The translations under genes and the position numbers were made by a program. The notes beneath the pieces are model-generated. The model had not been told where the DNA came from. It worked only from the letters and a program-made list of their open reading frames with translations, and searched no databases. From Actinocrinis sp. (GTDB lineage: Bacteria; Actinomycetota; Actinomycetes; Streptomycetales; Catenulisporaceae), in NCBI GenBank assembly GCA_036501535.1, contig DASYAE010000209.1, forward strand, positions 1 through 64,000: 64,000 nt of DNA, in the 5' to 3' direction. Below are positions 17,415 to 26,503 of this stretch, piece after piece. How positions within the stretch are numbered: position 1 is the first letter of the stretch; the number at the start of each line of letters is the position of its first letter.

Positions 17415-18644
17415 TTGCTCGCGGCCGGGGCCGCCGCCTGGACCTGCGCGTCTGGCAGCTGGTCCGTCGGACAGGCGGCCCCCGGACGCCCCCATCTCGG
17501 ACCCTGCCTGCTCGGGCGCTGCCTCTACGGACCCGGCTCCACATCCGCCGCCTGGCCGCCGTCCACCTGGTCTCTCGCCGTCTGCGATGTAGGTCAGGGT
17601 GACGCGCTGCTGCTCCACGTCGGTCCGGCGACCGCGGTGGCCGTGGACACCGGCCCGGATCCGGCCCGCGAGGACGCGTGTCTGCGCCGGTTCCAGATCA
17701 CCAAGCTGCCGCTGGTCGTCCTGACCCACTTCCACGCCGACCACATCGGCGGGCTGCCCGGGGCGCTGCGCGGCCGCAAGGTGGACGAGATCGAGACCAC
17801 GGACACCGATACGCCGCCCTACGGGGCCAAGGAGGTCCGAGCCGAGGCGGCCGCGGCGAGGATTCCGGTCCACCGCGTCGCACCCGGCGAGCGCCGCCGC
17901 TACGGCCCGATCAGCTGGCACGTGCTGTGGCCGGACGGCTCGGCGTTCCCGCCCGACTCAGGGCCCGACGACGCGATCATGGACCGCATGCCCGGGATGG
18001 GTCCCGGGCCGTCCGGCGACGCTGACGGCTCGGGACCCAACAACACCTCCATCGTCATGGCCGTGACCGTCGCCGAACCGCGCGGCGGCCTGCACATCCT
18101 GCTCACCGGCGACATCGAGTCCCCGGTCCAGCAGGCGCTGCTGGACGGCCCGGCGCGCGGCGAACTGCGCGCCGACGTCCTCAAGGTCCCGCACCACGGC
18201 AGCGCCAACCAGGCGCCCGGATTCATCGGCGCGGTCGACCCGGTCGTCACCGTGATCTCCGTCGGCCGCGGCAACCCCTACCACCAGCCCGCCTTCAAGG
18301 CGATGCGCCTGATGAGCTCCGACGGCGCCCGCCTCTACCGCACCGACCTGGACGGCGACGTGGCCATCGGCATGGCCGCCGGATCCGGTGCCAAGCCTGA
18401 TTACGGCAGCGCAGTCGAAAGCTCGGGCACCGCGATCACGGTGTCCGGACAGCACGGCGACGGTGCGGACCCGGCCGCCGTCGAGGCAGAGGCATCCGCC
18501 ACCGCCGGCAGCTCGTCCTCGTCCCACGGCTATGGCCGTAGCCGCAATCGAGGCCATCGTGCCCATGGCACCCACGGTCGTCGGGAGGACAGTGGAGGTG
18601 ACGAGGGCTACGGCGCCGGCAGCTACCCGCCCGCGCCCTCCTGA
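17415..18644 (+). CDS. comEC: ComEC C-terminal metallo-beta-lactamase-fold domain (same frame as the upstream part)
   Basis: Contains LAVCDVGQGDALLL and VVLTHFHADHIGGL (MBL HxHxDH motif) and ...LKVPHHGS. No stop separates it from 17217 in frame 0. The track start is TTG. Confidence 0.7.
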   Translation: MLAAGAAAWTCASGSWSVGQAAPGRPHLGPCLLGRCLYGPGSTSAAWPPSTWSLAVCDVGQGDALLLHVGPATAVAVDTGPDPAREDACLRRFQITKLPLVVLTHFHADHIGGLPGALRGRKVDEIETTDTDTPPYGAKEVRAEAAAARIPVHRVAPGERRRYGPISWHVLWPDGSAFPPDSGPDDAIMDRMPGMGPGPSGDADGSGPNNTSIVMAVTVAEPRGGLHILLTGDIESPVQQALLDGPARGELRADVLKVPHHGSANQAPGFIGAVDPVVTVISVGRGNPYHQPAFKAMRLMSSDGARLYRTDLDGDVAIGMAAGSGAKPDYGSAVESSGTAITVSGQHGDGADPAAVEAEASATAGSSSSSHGYGRSRNRGHRAHGTHGRREDSGGDEGYGAGSYPPAPS

Positions 18645-18747
18645 CCCCTGCCCCCGGCGCCCCGCGAACTGCGCTGCGTCTGGTCCGCCACCGCCACCAC
18701 CAGCGAACCCGGCCCCCTGTCGCCGACAGCCTTTAGGATCGTTGACC

Positions 18748-20940
18748 ATGCAACCTCCCGTAGCGAAGACCGTGCCGCACGAGCGGGTCCACCACGCCGA
18801 CGTGGTCGACGACCCCTACGCCTGGCTGGCCGACAAGCAGGACGAGGCGGTCCTCGAGTACCTCAGGGCGGAGAACGCCTACACCGAGGACCGCACCTCC
18901 GGCCAGGCAGCGCTGCGCGAGGAGATCTTCCAGGAGATCAAGCGCGCCACCCAGGAGACCGACCTGTCGGTCCCCTCCCGCAAGGGCGACTGGTGGTACT
19001 ACAGCCGCACCCAGGAGGGCCGCCAATACCCGGTGCACTGCCGGCTGCGCGCCGACGGCGACCTGCCGCCCGCGGTGCCCGAGGACGGCTCCGCGCTGCC
19101 CGGCGAGGCGGTGCTGCTCGACGGGAACGAGCTGGCCGAGGGGCACGGCTTCTTCGCGCTGGGCACCTTCGACGTCTCCCCGGACGGCGGCCTGCTGGCT
19201 TACTCGGTCGACTTCGCCGGCGACGAGCGCTTCACGCTCAAGATCAAGGATCTGCGCACCGGCGCGGAGCTGGCCGACGAGATCCCGAACACCGGCTACG
19301 GCTCGGCCTGGTCGCTGGACGGCTCGACGCTGTTCTACCTGACCGTGGACGAGGCCTGGCGGCCCTACCGGGTGCACCGGCATGCGGTCGGCACGCCGGT
19401 GGCCGAGGACGAGACCGTCTTCGAGGAGCCGGACGAGCGCTTCTGGGTCGGCATAGGGCTTACCCGCAGCGAGCGCTACCTGGTGGTCAGCGCCGACTCG
19501 AAGATCACCAGCGAGGTGCGGCTGCTCGACTCGGCCGACCCGCGCGGCGAGTTCGTCGTGGTCGCCCCGCGCGAGACCGGGGTCGAATACTCCGTCGACC
19601 ACTGGTTCGACGCCGATGCCGAGGCCGGTGCCGCGGCCGGCGACCTCCTGCTGGTGCTGCACAACCGCGGCGGCCGGGAGAACTTCGAGCTGGCCCTCGC
19701 CGACCCGCCCAAGCCGGGAGAGTGGACGCCGCTGATCGAGCACCGCGCGGACACCCGCCTGCTGGCAGCCGAGGCCTTCGCCGACCACGTCGTGGTCGAA
19801 TACCGTCGCAACGGGCTGACCGGCCTGGCCGTCCACCCGGTCCGGGACGGGCGGCCGGCCCCCGCGGGCACCCCGATCACGTTCGACGAGCCGCTCTACA
19901 CCGTCGACAGCGGCGACAACCCCGAGTTCCGCACCGGCCGGCTGCGGCTCGGATACACCTCGCTGGTCACCCCCTCCACCGTCTACGACTACGACCTGGC
20001 CACCGGCCGGCTCGACCTGCTCAAGCGGCAGCCGGTGCTCGGCGGCTTCGATCCGGAGCAGTACGAGCAGCGGCGCCTTTGGGCCGCCGCGGCCGACGGC
20101 ACCCGAGTGCCGATCTCGCTCGTGCACCGCAAGGGGGTCGCGGCCGACGGCACCGCGCCCGCCGTGCTCTACGGCTACGGCTCGTATGAGGCCTCGATGG
20201 ACCCCTACTTCTCGGTAGCCCGGCTCAGCCTGCTGGACCGCGGATTCGTCTTCGCCGTCGCGCACGTCCGCGGCGGCGGCGAGATGGGGCGCCGCTGGTA
20301 CGAGGACGGCAAGCTGCTGAACAAGCGCAACACCTTCACCGACTTCGCGGCCTGCGCCCGGCAGCTGGTGGCCGAGGGCTGGACCAGCGCCGAGCGGCTC
20401 ATCGCCCGCGGCGGCTCGGCCGGCGGGCTGCTGATGGGCGCGGCCGCCAACATCGCGCCGGAGTGCTTCCGCGGCATCCTGGCCGAGGTCCCGTTCGTCG
20501 ACGCGCTCAACACGATCCTCGACCCCTCGCTGCCGCTGACCGTGGTGGAGTGGGAGGAATGGGGCAACCCCCTCGAATCCGAGGACGTATATCGGTACAT
20601 GAAGTCCTACAGCCCCTACGAGAACATCGCGCCGCGCGGCGCCGATTCGGCGGCGATGCGCGGGGGAGCGGCGCCCGGCTACCCGGCGATCCTGGCGACC
20701 ACCAGCCTGAACGACACCCGGGTCCAGTACCACGAGCCGGCCAAGTGGATCGCCCGGCTGCGGGCCGTCGCGCCCGGCGGCGACTACCTGCTCAAGACCG
20801 AGATGGAGGCGGGCCACGGCGGCCGCTCGGGGCGGTACGACGCCTGGCGCGAGGAGGCCTTCAACCTGGCCTGGGCCATCACCGTCGTCGGCGGTCCGGA
20901 CCGGCTGCCCTCCGGCGGGGCCGCGCCGGGGCGGGACTGA
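18748..20940 (+). CDS. ptrB: oligopeptidase B / prolyl oligopeptidase family S9 serine peptidase
   Basis: N-terminal beta-propeller region and a C-terminal peptidase domain with GGSAGGLLMG (catalytic Ser) and a downstream catalytic His (EAGHGG). ATG at 18748; the track ORF 18388 is an upstream extension overlapping comEC. Confidence 0.85.
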   Translation: MQPPVAKTVPHERVHHADVVDDPYAWLADKQDEAVLEYLRAENAYTEDRTSGQAALREEIFQEIKRATQETDLSVPSRKGDWWYYSRTQEGRQYPVHCRLRADGDLPPAVPEDGSALPGEAVLLDGNELAEGHGFFALGTFDVSPDGGLLAYSVDFAGDERFTLKIKDLRTGAELADEIPNTGYGSAWSLDGSTLFYLTVDEAWRPYRVHRHAVGTPVAEDETVFEEPDERFWVGIGLTRSERYLVVSADSKITSEVRLLDSADPRGEFVVVAPRETGVEYSVDHWFDADAEAGAAAGDLLLVLHNRGGRENFELALADPPKPGEWTPLIEHRADTRLLAAEAFADHVVVEYRRNGLTGLAVHPVRDGRPAPAGTPITFDEPLYTVDSGDNPEFRTGRLRLGYTSLVTPSTVYDYDLATGRLDLLKRQPVLGGFDPEQYEQRRLWAAAADGTRVPISLVHRKGVAADGTAPAVLYGYGSYEASMDPYFSVARLSLLDRGFVFAVAHVRGGGEMGRRWYEDGKLLNKRNTFTDFAACARQLVAEGWTSAERLIARGGSAGGLLMGAAANIAPECFRGILAEVPFVDALNTILDPSLPLTVVEWEEWGNPLESEDVYRYMKSYSPYENIAPRGADSAAMRGGAAPGYPAILATTSLNDTRVQYHEPAKWIARLRAVAPGGDYLLKTEMEAGHGGRSGRYDAWREEAFNLAWAITVVGGPDRLPSGGAAPGRD

Positions 20941-20945
20941 CCGCG

Positions 20946-21938
20946 ATGCCCGCGGCCAAAGCCGCGGCCGGCGGCCAGCCGGGCCGGCGCGCGGACCAGC
21001 TCCCGCCGCCGCTGACCCTGGTGACCGGCCCGGAGGAGTTCCTTACCGAGCGGGCGATCGCCGCGGTGGTCGCCGCCGCCCGGGCCGCGGACCCCGGCGT
21101 CGAGATCTGCGACCTGCCGCCCGGCGGGCCGGAGCCGGGCGGCTTCGCCGAGCTGGTCTCGCCGTCCCTGTTCGGCGAGGCCAAGGTGGTGATCCTGCGC
21201 GGGATCCAGGACCTCGCCGCCGGGCAGGCCGAGGAGATCAAGCGGTATCTGGCCGACCCGGCGGAGCAGATCGTGCTGGTGCTGACCCACCCCGGCGGCG
21301 CCAAAGGAAAGGCGCTGCTCGACGCGGTGCGCAAGCTCAAGCCGCAGATCGTGGACTGCCCAAAGCCGACCAAGCCGGCCGAGCGGATCGCGTTCCTCAC
21401 CGGCGAGTTCCGCCGGGCCAAGCGCGCTGTCACCGACGAGGCGGCGCAGGTGGTCTGCGACGCGGTCGGCTCCGGGCTGCGCGAGCTGGCCGCCGCGGCC
21501 GACCAGCTGATAGCCGACACCGAGGGCACCGTCGACGAGGCCGCGGTCCGCCAGTACTACGGCGGCCAGGCCGAGGCCTCCGGCTTCACCATCGCCGACC
21601 TGGCCGTCGAGGGCCGCCTCGGCGAGGCGCTGAGCCAGCTGCGCTTCGCCCTCGACACCGGCGTCGCCTCGGTGCTCGTCGTCAGCGCCCTGGCATCCAG
21701 CGTGCGGCAGATCGGGAAGGTCGCCTCGGCCGGCCGGGACACCCAGGACCTCGGCCTGCCGCCGTGGCGGATAGAGAAGATCCGCCGCCAGGCCCGCGGC
21801 TGGAACCCGGACCGGCTCTCCGCCGCCCTGCGCGCCGTCGCCACCGCCGACGCCGCGGTCAAGGGCGCGGCCGCCGACGCCGGCTACGCCCTGGAGAAGT
21901 GCCTCGTGGAGATCAGCGCCGCTCGCAGTGCCCGCTGA
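20946..21938 (+). CDS. holA: DNA polymerase III subunit delta
   Basis: 330 aa. LTLVTGPEEFL...KVVIL... matches the HolA N-terminal pattern. The comEA-comEC-holA order is conserved. Confidence 0.8.
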   Translation: MPAAKAAAGGQPGRRADQLPPPLTLVTGPEEFLTERAIAAVVAAARAADPGVEICDLPPGGPEPGGFAELVSPSLFGEAKVVILRGIQDLAAGQAEEIKRYLADPAEQIVLVLTHPGGAKGKALLDAVRKLKPQIVDCPKPTKPAERIAFLTGEFRRAKRAVTDEAAQVVCDAVGSGLRELAAAADQLIADTEGTVDEAAVRQYYGGQAEASGFTIADLAVEGRLGEALSQLRFALDTGVASVLVVSALASSVRQIGKVASAGRDTQDLGLPPWRIEKIRRQARGWNPDRLSAALRAVATADAAVKGAAADAGYALEKCLVEISAARSAR

Positions 21939-21941
21939 CAC

Positions 21942-21967
21942 AGCGCAGTCAGACAGCGCAGTCAGAC
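21942..21967. repeat. tandem direct repeat 2 x 13 nt (AGCGCAGTCAGAC) within a TGAC/GTCAG-rich intergenic region
   Basis: agcgcagtcagac agcgcagtcagac, flanked by further ctgac/gtcag/ccctgac motifs between the holA stop and the SPFH gene. Confidence 0.6.
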
Positions 21968-22088
21968 GCACCGCGCCCTGACTCCGCCCTGACGCAGTGC
22001 CCGCAAACCCGGCACCCACCGGCACAGCGCACTCTGACACAGCACCCGTCGACGGCCGGCGTCCCGTTCGCCTGCACTTGCGCTAGCT

Positions 22089-23801
22089 TTGCGTGTCACC
22101 AATCCCGTTGCGCGGCCATTCTCAGGGGGCACAGTGAGTTCGTCGAACGCGTATCTGAGCCAGGTGGTTCGGGAACAGGCGTCGCTGGAGGAGGATCTGC
22201 GCCGCCGGGGCGCGCGGCCCGCTGTCGCGGTCGCGGTCGACACGGACGGAATCGAGCTGTACGAGCAGCCCGCTGCCGCGCCGCCGCCTCCAGGCAAGCC
22301 GGCCGCCCCGGGGGGTCCGGCGCCCCGCCGGCAACTGGACATGATGTCAGGTATGCGCGGCGGATTCGGCGAGGGCGGCCGTGCGCCGGACAGCACGGCA
22401 TCGGCGCCCGCGGTCCAGGTGCGGATCACCGGGACCTGGCGGCGGCGCACCGTGCTGGTCCCGCCGAACGCCTTCGTCGTGCACACCCGGCGCGGCCGGG
22501 CCGAGCCGCTGCACCTGGGCGTGGGCATCTCGTTCCGGTTCAACCCGGTCACCGACACTTTCCTGGTGGTGCCCGGCGCCACGCAGACCATCCTGATCAG
22601 CGCGCACTGCATCTGCCGTGAGCTGCAGGGGATCCTGGTGCAGGCCTACGTCCAGTGGATCATCCACGACTTCGCCACCGCCTACCGCAGGCTCGACTTC
22701 AGCGATCCCGACGAGCCGATGCGGCTGGTCAACATCCAGCTGCGGGAACAGGCCGAGGCCGCGATCAAGGACAAGGTCGCCACCATGGCCGTGCGCGACG
22801 TGCTCAGCGACAAGCAGCCGATCATCGAGGAGCTCACCTCGCGGCTGCGCGCGGTGGCCGAGGGCGAGCACGACTCGGACCAGGGCCTCGGCCTGCGCAT
22901 CGTCACCGTGCAGATCAAGGAGGCCGTCGTCAGCTCCGGCGCGCTGTGGGAGAACCTGCAGAAGCCGTACCGCTCCGAGCAGCAGCGAATAGCCAGGCTG
23001 GCGGAGCTGGAGGCGAACCAGGCGGTCTCCGAGCAGGAACTGGCGGCCGGCCGGCTGACCGAGACCCGCCGGCTGGAGAACGAGCGGCAGCTCGCCGAGC
23101 TGCGCGACCAGAACGCCGCCGTGCTGTTCGACCGCGAGGCGGCGGAGGCGCTGCGCAGGGACGAGCGGCGGCACGAGGACGCCCGCGCGGTCGGCGAGCT
23201 GGAGAAGCAGACGGCGCTGCGCCGGCTGCGGCTCGAGGGCGAGCAGCGGGCCGCCACGCTGGAGCAGCAGCGCCAGCTGGCCGAGCTCGAGGCCCAGGAC
23301 GCCGCGCGGGCCTTCGACCGGACCGCCGCGGAGAGCCTGCGCCGCTCCGAGCGCGAGCACATCGACGCACAGGCGGTGGCCGAACTGGACCAGCGCAACA
23401 CCCTGCACGCGCTGCAGATGGAGCGCGACCGGCAGTCCGCCGAGCTGGAGACCGGACGGATGCGGTCGGTCGCCGAGTACGAGGTCAGCCGCCTGGCGCT
23501 GGACGGGGAGCTGGCGCTGGCCGCCTACCGGGCCGAGTCCGAGCACCAGCGCACCCAGCTGACCCTGGACGTCGAGCGCTCCCGCGCCGAGATCGAGAAC
23601 AACCGCACCCCGGCCAGCATCAACGCCCGCCTGGTGGCCGAGCTGCCGCAGATCGTGGAGCGGATGCCGGCGCCGGCCGAGATCCGGTCGGTGACCATCG
23701 GCGGGACCGACCGCAGCACCGCGGCCGGCCTGATCGCCGAGCTCGCCGGAGTGCTCGGCGCGCTTCGCACCGCGCTGGACCAGCCGGCGCAGCGGGAGTA
23801 G
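22089..23801 (+). CDS. SPFH/band-7 (flotillin-like) protein with a long charged coiled-coil C-terminal region
   Basis: SPFH-like core (FVVHTRRGRAEPLHLGVGISFRFNPVTDTFLVVPGATQTILISAHCI...YVQWIIHD) followed by ~300 aa of E/R/A/Q-rich heptad-like sequence containing an internal ~45-aa tandem duplication. The start is uncertain (TTG 22089, ATG ~22340). Confidence 0.7.
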   Translation: MRVTNPVARPFSGGTVSSSNAYLSQVVREQASLEEDLRRRGARPAVAVAVDTDGIELYEQPAAAPPPPGKPAAPGGPAPRRQLDMMSGMRGGFGEGGRAPDSTASAPAVQVRITGTWRRRTVLVPPNAFVVHTRRGRAEPLHLGVGISFRFNPVTDTFLVVPGATQTILISAHCICRELQGILVQAYVQWIIHDFATAYRRLDFSDPDEPMRLVNIQLREQAEAAIKDKVATMAVRDVLSDKQPIIEELTSRLRAVAEGEHDSDQGLGLRIVTVQIKEAVVSSGALWENLQKPYRSEQQRIARLAELEANQAVSEQELAAGRLTETRRLENERQLAELRDQNAAVLFDREAAEALRRDERRHEDARAVGELEKQTALRRLRLEGEQRAATLEQQRQLAELEAQDAARAFDRTAAESLRRSEREHIDAQAVAELDQRNTLHALQMERDRQSAELETGRMRSVAEYEVSRLALDGELALAAYRAESEHQRTQLTLDVERSRAEIENNRTPASINARLVAELPQIVERMPAPAEIRSVTIGGTDRSTAAGLIAELAGVLGALRTALDQPAQRE

Positions 23802-23912
23802 CCAGAGGGAATAAGGACCCTCAAACAGCAGGGCGGCGGGGACCCGCTCGCGCGCTCGATCCGCGCGAGGGACGTCCCCACCGCCCTCAGCTTGTGAGCA
23901 GTGTGCGAACGC

Positions 23913-23932
23913 GGGGCCGGAACCGGCCCCGG
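23913..23932. terminator. GC hairpin between convergent genes (putative bidirectional terminator)
   Basis: ggggccgg aacc ccggcccc is a perfect 8-bp stem with a 4-nt loop, between the SPFH gene (+) and rpsT (-). Confidence 0.45.
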
Positions 23933-23961
23933 AACCCGGCCTGGTCAGGCCCGGCTCGGAC

Positions 23962-24234
23962 TCAGGCCGGCTGGCCCATCTTGTTGACCTGCTTGGCCAG
24001 CGCCGACTTGCGGTTGGCCGCCTGGTTGCGGTGGATCACGCCCTTGGACACGGCCTTGTCCAGCTGACGGGACGCGGCGCGGGCCATCTCCTGGGCCTTG
24101 GCCGGGTCGCCGGACTCGACCGCCTCGCGGGTCTTGCGCACCGCGGTCTTCAGCGAGGACTTGATCGACTGGTTGCGCCGGCGCGCCTTCTCGTTCGTCT
24201 TGATCCGCTTGATCTGCGACTTGATGTTCGCCAC
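23962..24234 (-). CDS. rpsT: 30S ribosomal protein S20
   Basis: The protein (M)[33 protein letters not shown]... is the canonical S20 N-terminus. GTG start with an AAGAGG ribosome-binding site about 5 nt upstream. The track ORF 23962..24885 is an upstream over-extension. Confidence 0.9.
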   Translation of the reverse strand: MANIKSQIKRIKTNEKARRRNQSIKSSLKTAVRKTREAVESGDPAKAQEMARAASRQLDKAVSKGVIHRNQAANRKSALAKQVNKMGQPA

Positions 24235-24586
24235 GTAAAGCCTCTTCAACTTCCGGTCGGTGGTTACGAGCGCGGCTGACCCGGCCGGACCGGCCGGGGT
24301 GCGCGGCGTCTCATGGTGTGACCACCTCCGGGGCCGCGGTCCGGCCGATTCCCGGTGGACCGCGCCCGGCGCAGACCCGGCCGGGCCGGATCCGCTGGGC
24401 AACGCCGCGCGGCTGCGGAGTTCAGGGGCTTCGAATTGCACCGACACCCACCCCGCAGGCTGCGCAGCCGCCCACTCTACCAGCGCGGTTGCCCGCCCCG
24501 GAAATCGCGCGGCGGCGGCGCGGGCGAAACGGGCCCCGCGCGCGAAATAGGATGGGTCGACCCGACCAGGCGAATGGAATTCTCCA

Positions 24587-26452
24587 GTGCCCTCGCTCCC
24601 CCCGAACAGCGTCCCGCAGCCGTCCCGCACGGACCCGGCGCTGATCCGCAACTTCTGCATCATCGCGCACATCGACCACGGCAAGTCCACCCTGGCCGAC
24701 CGGATGCTGCAGCTGACCGGCGTGGTCGACGAGCGGCAGATGCGCGCCCAGTACCTCGACCGGATGGACATCGAGCGCGAGCGCGGCATCACCATCAAGT
24801 CGCAGGCGGTCCGGCTGCCCTGGCGCTTCGACGACCGGACGCACATCCTCAACCTGATCGACACCCCCGGCCACGTGGACTTCACCTACGAGGTCTCCCG
24901 CTCGCTGGCCGCCTGTGAGGGGGCCGTCCTCCTGGTCGACGCCGCACAGGGGATCGAGGCGCAGACTCTGGCGAACCTGTACATGGCGCTGGAGAACGAT
25001 ATGACGATCATCCCGGTGCTCAACAAGATCGACCTGCCGGCCGCGCAGCCGGAGAAGTACGCGGCCGAGCTCGCACGGCTCATCGGCGTCGAGCCGGAAG
25101 AGGTGCTGCGCGTCTCCGGCAAGACCGGGCACGGCGTGCCGGAGCTGCTCGACCACGTCGTGCGCACCGTGCCGGCGCCGGCCGGCGCCCCGGACGGCAA
25201 GGCCAGGGCGATGATCTTCGACTCGGTCTACGACTCCTACCGCGGCGTGGTCACCTACGTCCGGGTGATCGACGGCCGGCTGACCAAGCGCGAGCGCATC
25301 CTGATGATGTCGACCGGCGCGACCCACGAGCTGCTGGAGATCGGCGTGATCTCGCCCGAGCCGATCCCGTCCGACGGCCTCGGCGCGGGCGAGGTCGGCT
25401 ACCTGATCACCGGCGTGAAGGACGTGCGCCAGTCGAAGGTCGGAGACACCGTCACCTCGCAGAACAAGGGCGCGACCGAGGCGCTGAGCGGGTACAAGGA
25501 CCCGAAGCCGATGGTGTTCTCCGGGCTGTACCCGATCGACGGCTCGGACTACCCGAACCTGCGCGACGCGCTGGACAAGCTGCGGCTCAACGACGCGGCG
25601 CTGGTCTACGAGCCGGAGACCTCGGCCGCGCTGGGCTTCGGCTTCCGGGTCGGCTTCCTCGGCCTGCTGCACCTGGAGATCATCCGGGAGCGGCTCGAGC
25701 GCGAGTTCGCCCTCGACCTCATCGCCACCGCGCCGAACGTGGTCTACCGGGTGGTGATGGAGAACGGCCAGGAGCACGTCGTCACCAACCCCAGCGAGTT
25801 CCCCTCCGACGGCAAGATCGCCGAGGTGTACGAGCCGGTGGTGCGGGCCACCGTGCTCGCCCCGTCCGACTACATCGGCGCGATCATGGACCTGTGCCAG
25901 TCCCGGCGCGGCGCGCTGCTCGGCATGGACTACCTGTCCGAGGACCGGGTCGAGCTGCGCTACACGATGCCGCTCGGCGAGATCATCTTCGACTTCTTCG
26001 ACGCGCTGAAGTCGCGCACCCGCGGCTACGCCTCGCTCGACTACGAGGCGACCGGCGAGCAGCTGGCCGACCTGGTCAAGGTGGACATCCTGCTGCACGG
26101 CGAGAAGGTCGACGCCTTCTCCGCGATCGTGCACAAGGACCGGGCCTACGGGTACGGCGTGCGGATGGCCGAGCGGCTCAAGGAGCTGATCCCGCGGCAG
26201 CAGTTCGAGGTGCCGATCCAGGCCGCGATCGGGGCCCGGGTGATCGCCCGCGAGTCGGTCCGGGCCATGCGCAAGGACGTGCTGGCCAAGTGCTACGGCG
26301 GCGACATCACCCGCAAGCGCAAGCTGCTGGAGAAGCAGAAGGAGGGCAAGAAGCGGATGAAGATGGTCGGCCGGGTCGAGGTCCCGCAGGAGGCGTTCAT
26401 CGCCGCGCTGTCCTCCGATTCCGAGCCGTCCGCGGGCAGCGCGCGCAAGTGA
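24587..26452 (+). CDS. lepA: elongation factor 4 (LepA)
   Basis: [20 protein letters not shown] (G1 motif), DTPGHVDF and NKIDLP. The length is about 620 aa. Confidence 0.92.
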   Translation: MPSLPPNSVPQPSRTDPALIRNFCIIAHIDHGKSTLADRMLQLTGVVDERQMRAQYLDRMDIERERGITIKSQAVRLPWRFDDRTHILNLIDTPGHVDFTYEVSRSLAACEGAVLLVDAAQGIEAQTLANLYMALENDMTIIPVLNKIDLPAAQPEKYAAELARLIGVEPEEVLRVSGKTGHGVPELLDHVVRTVPAPAGAPDGKARAMIFDSVYDSYRGVVTYVRVIDGRLTKRERILMMSTGATHELLEIGVISPEPIPSDGLGAGEVGYLITGVKDVRQSKVGDTVTSQNKGATEALSGYKDPKPMVFSGLYPIDGSDYPNLRDALDKLRLNDAALVYEPETSAALGFGFRVGFLGLLHLEIIRERLEREFALDLIATAPNVVYRVVMENGQEHVVTNPSEFPSDGKIAEVYEPVVRATVLAPSDYIGAIMDLCQSRRGALLGMDYLSEDRVELRYTMPLGEIIFDFFDALKSRTRGYASLDYEATGEQLADLVKVDILLHGEKVDAFSAIVHKDRAYGYGVRMAERLKELIPRQQFEVPIQAAIGARVIARESVRAMRKDVLAKCYGGDITRKRKLLEKQKEGKKRMKMVGRVEVPQEAFIAALSSDSEPSAGSARK

Positions 26453-26503
26453 GCCTGGCGCGCCGCCTCTTTTTATCCGCCGATAGCCCTGTACCTCAAG
26501 CCG

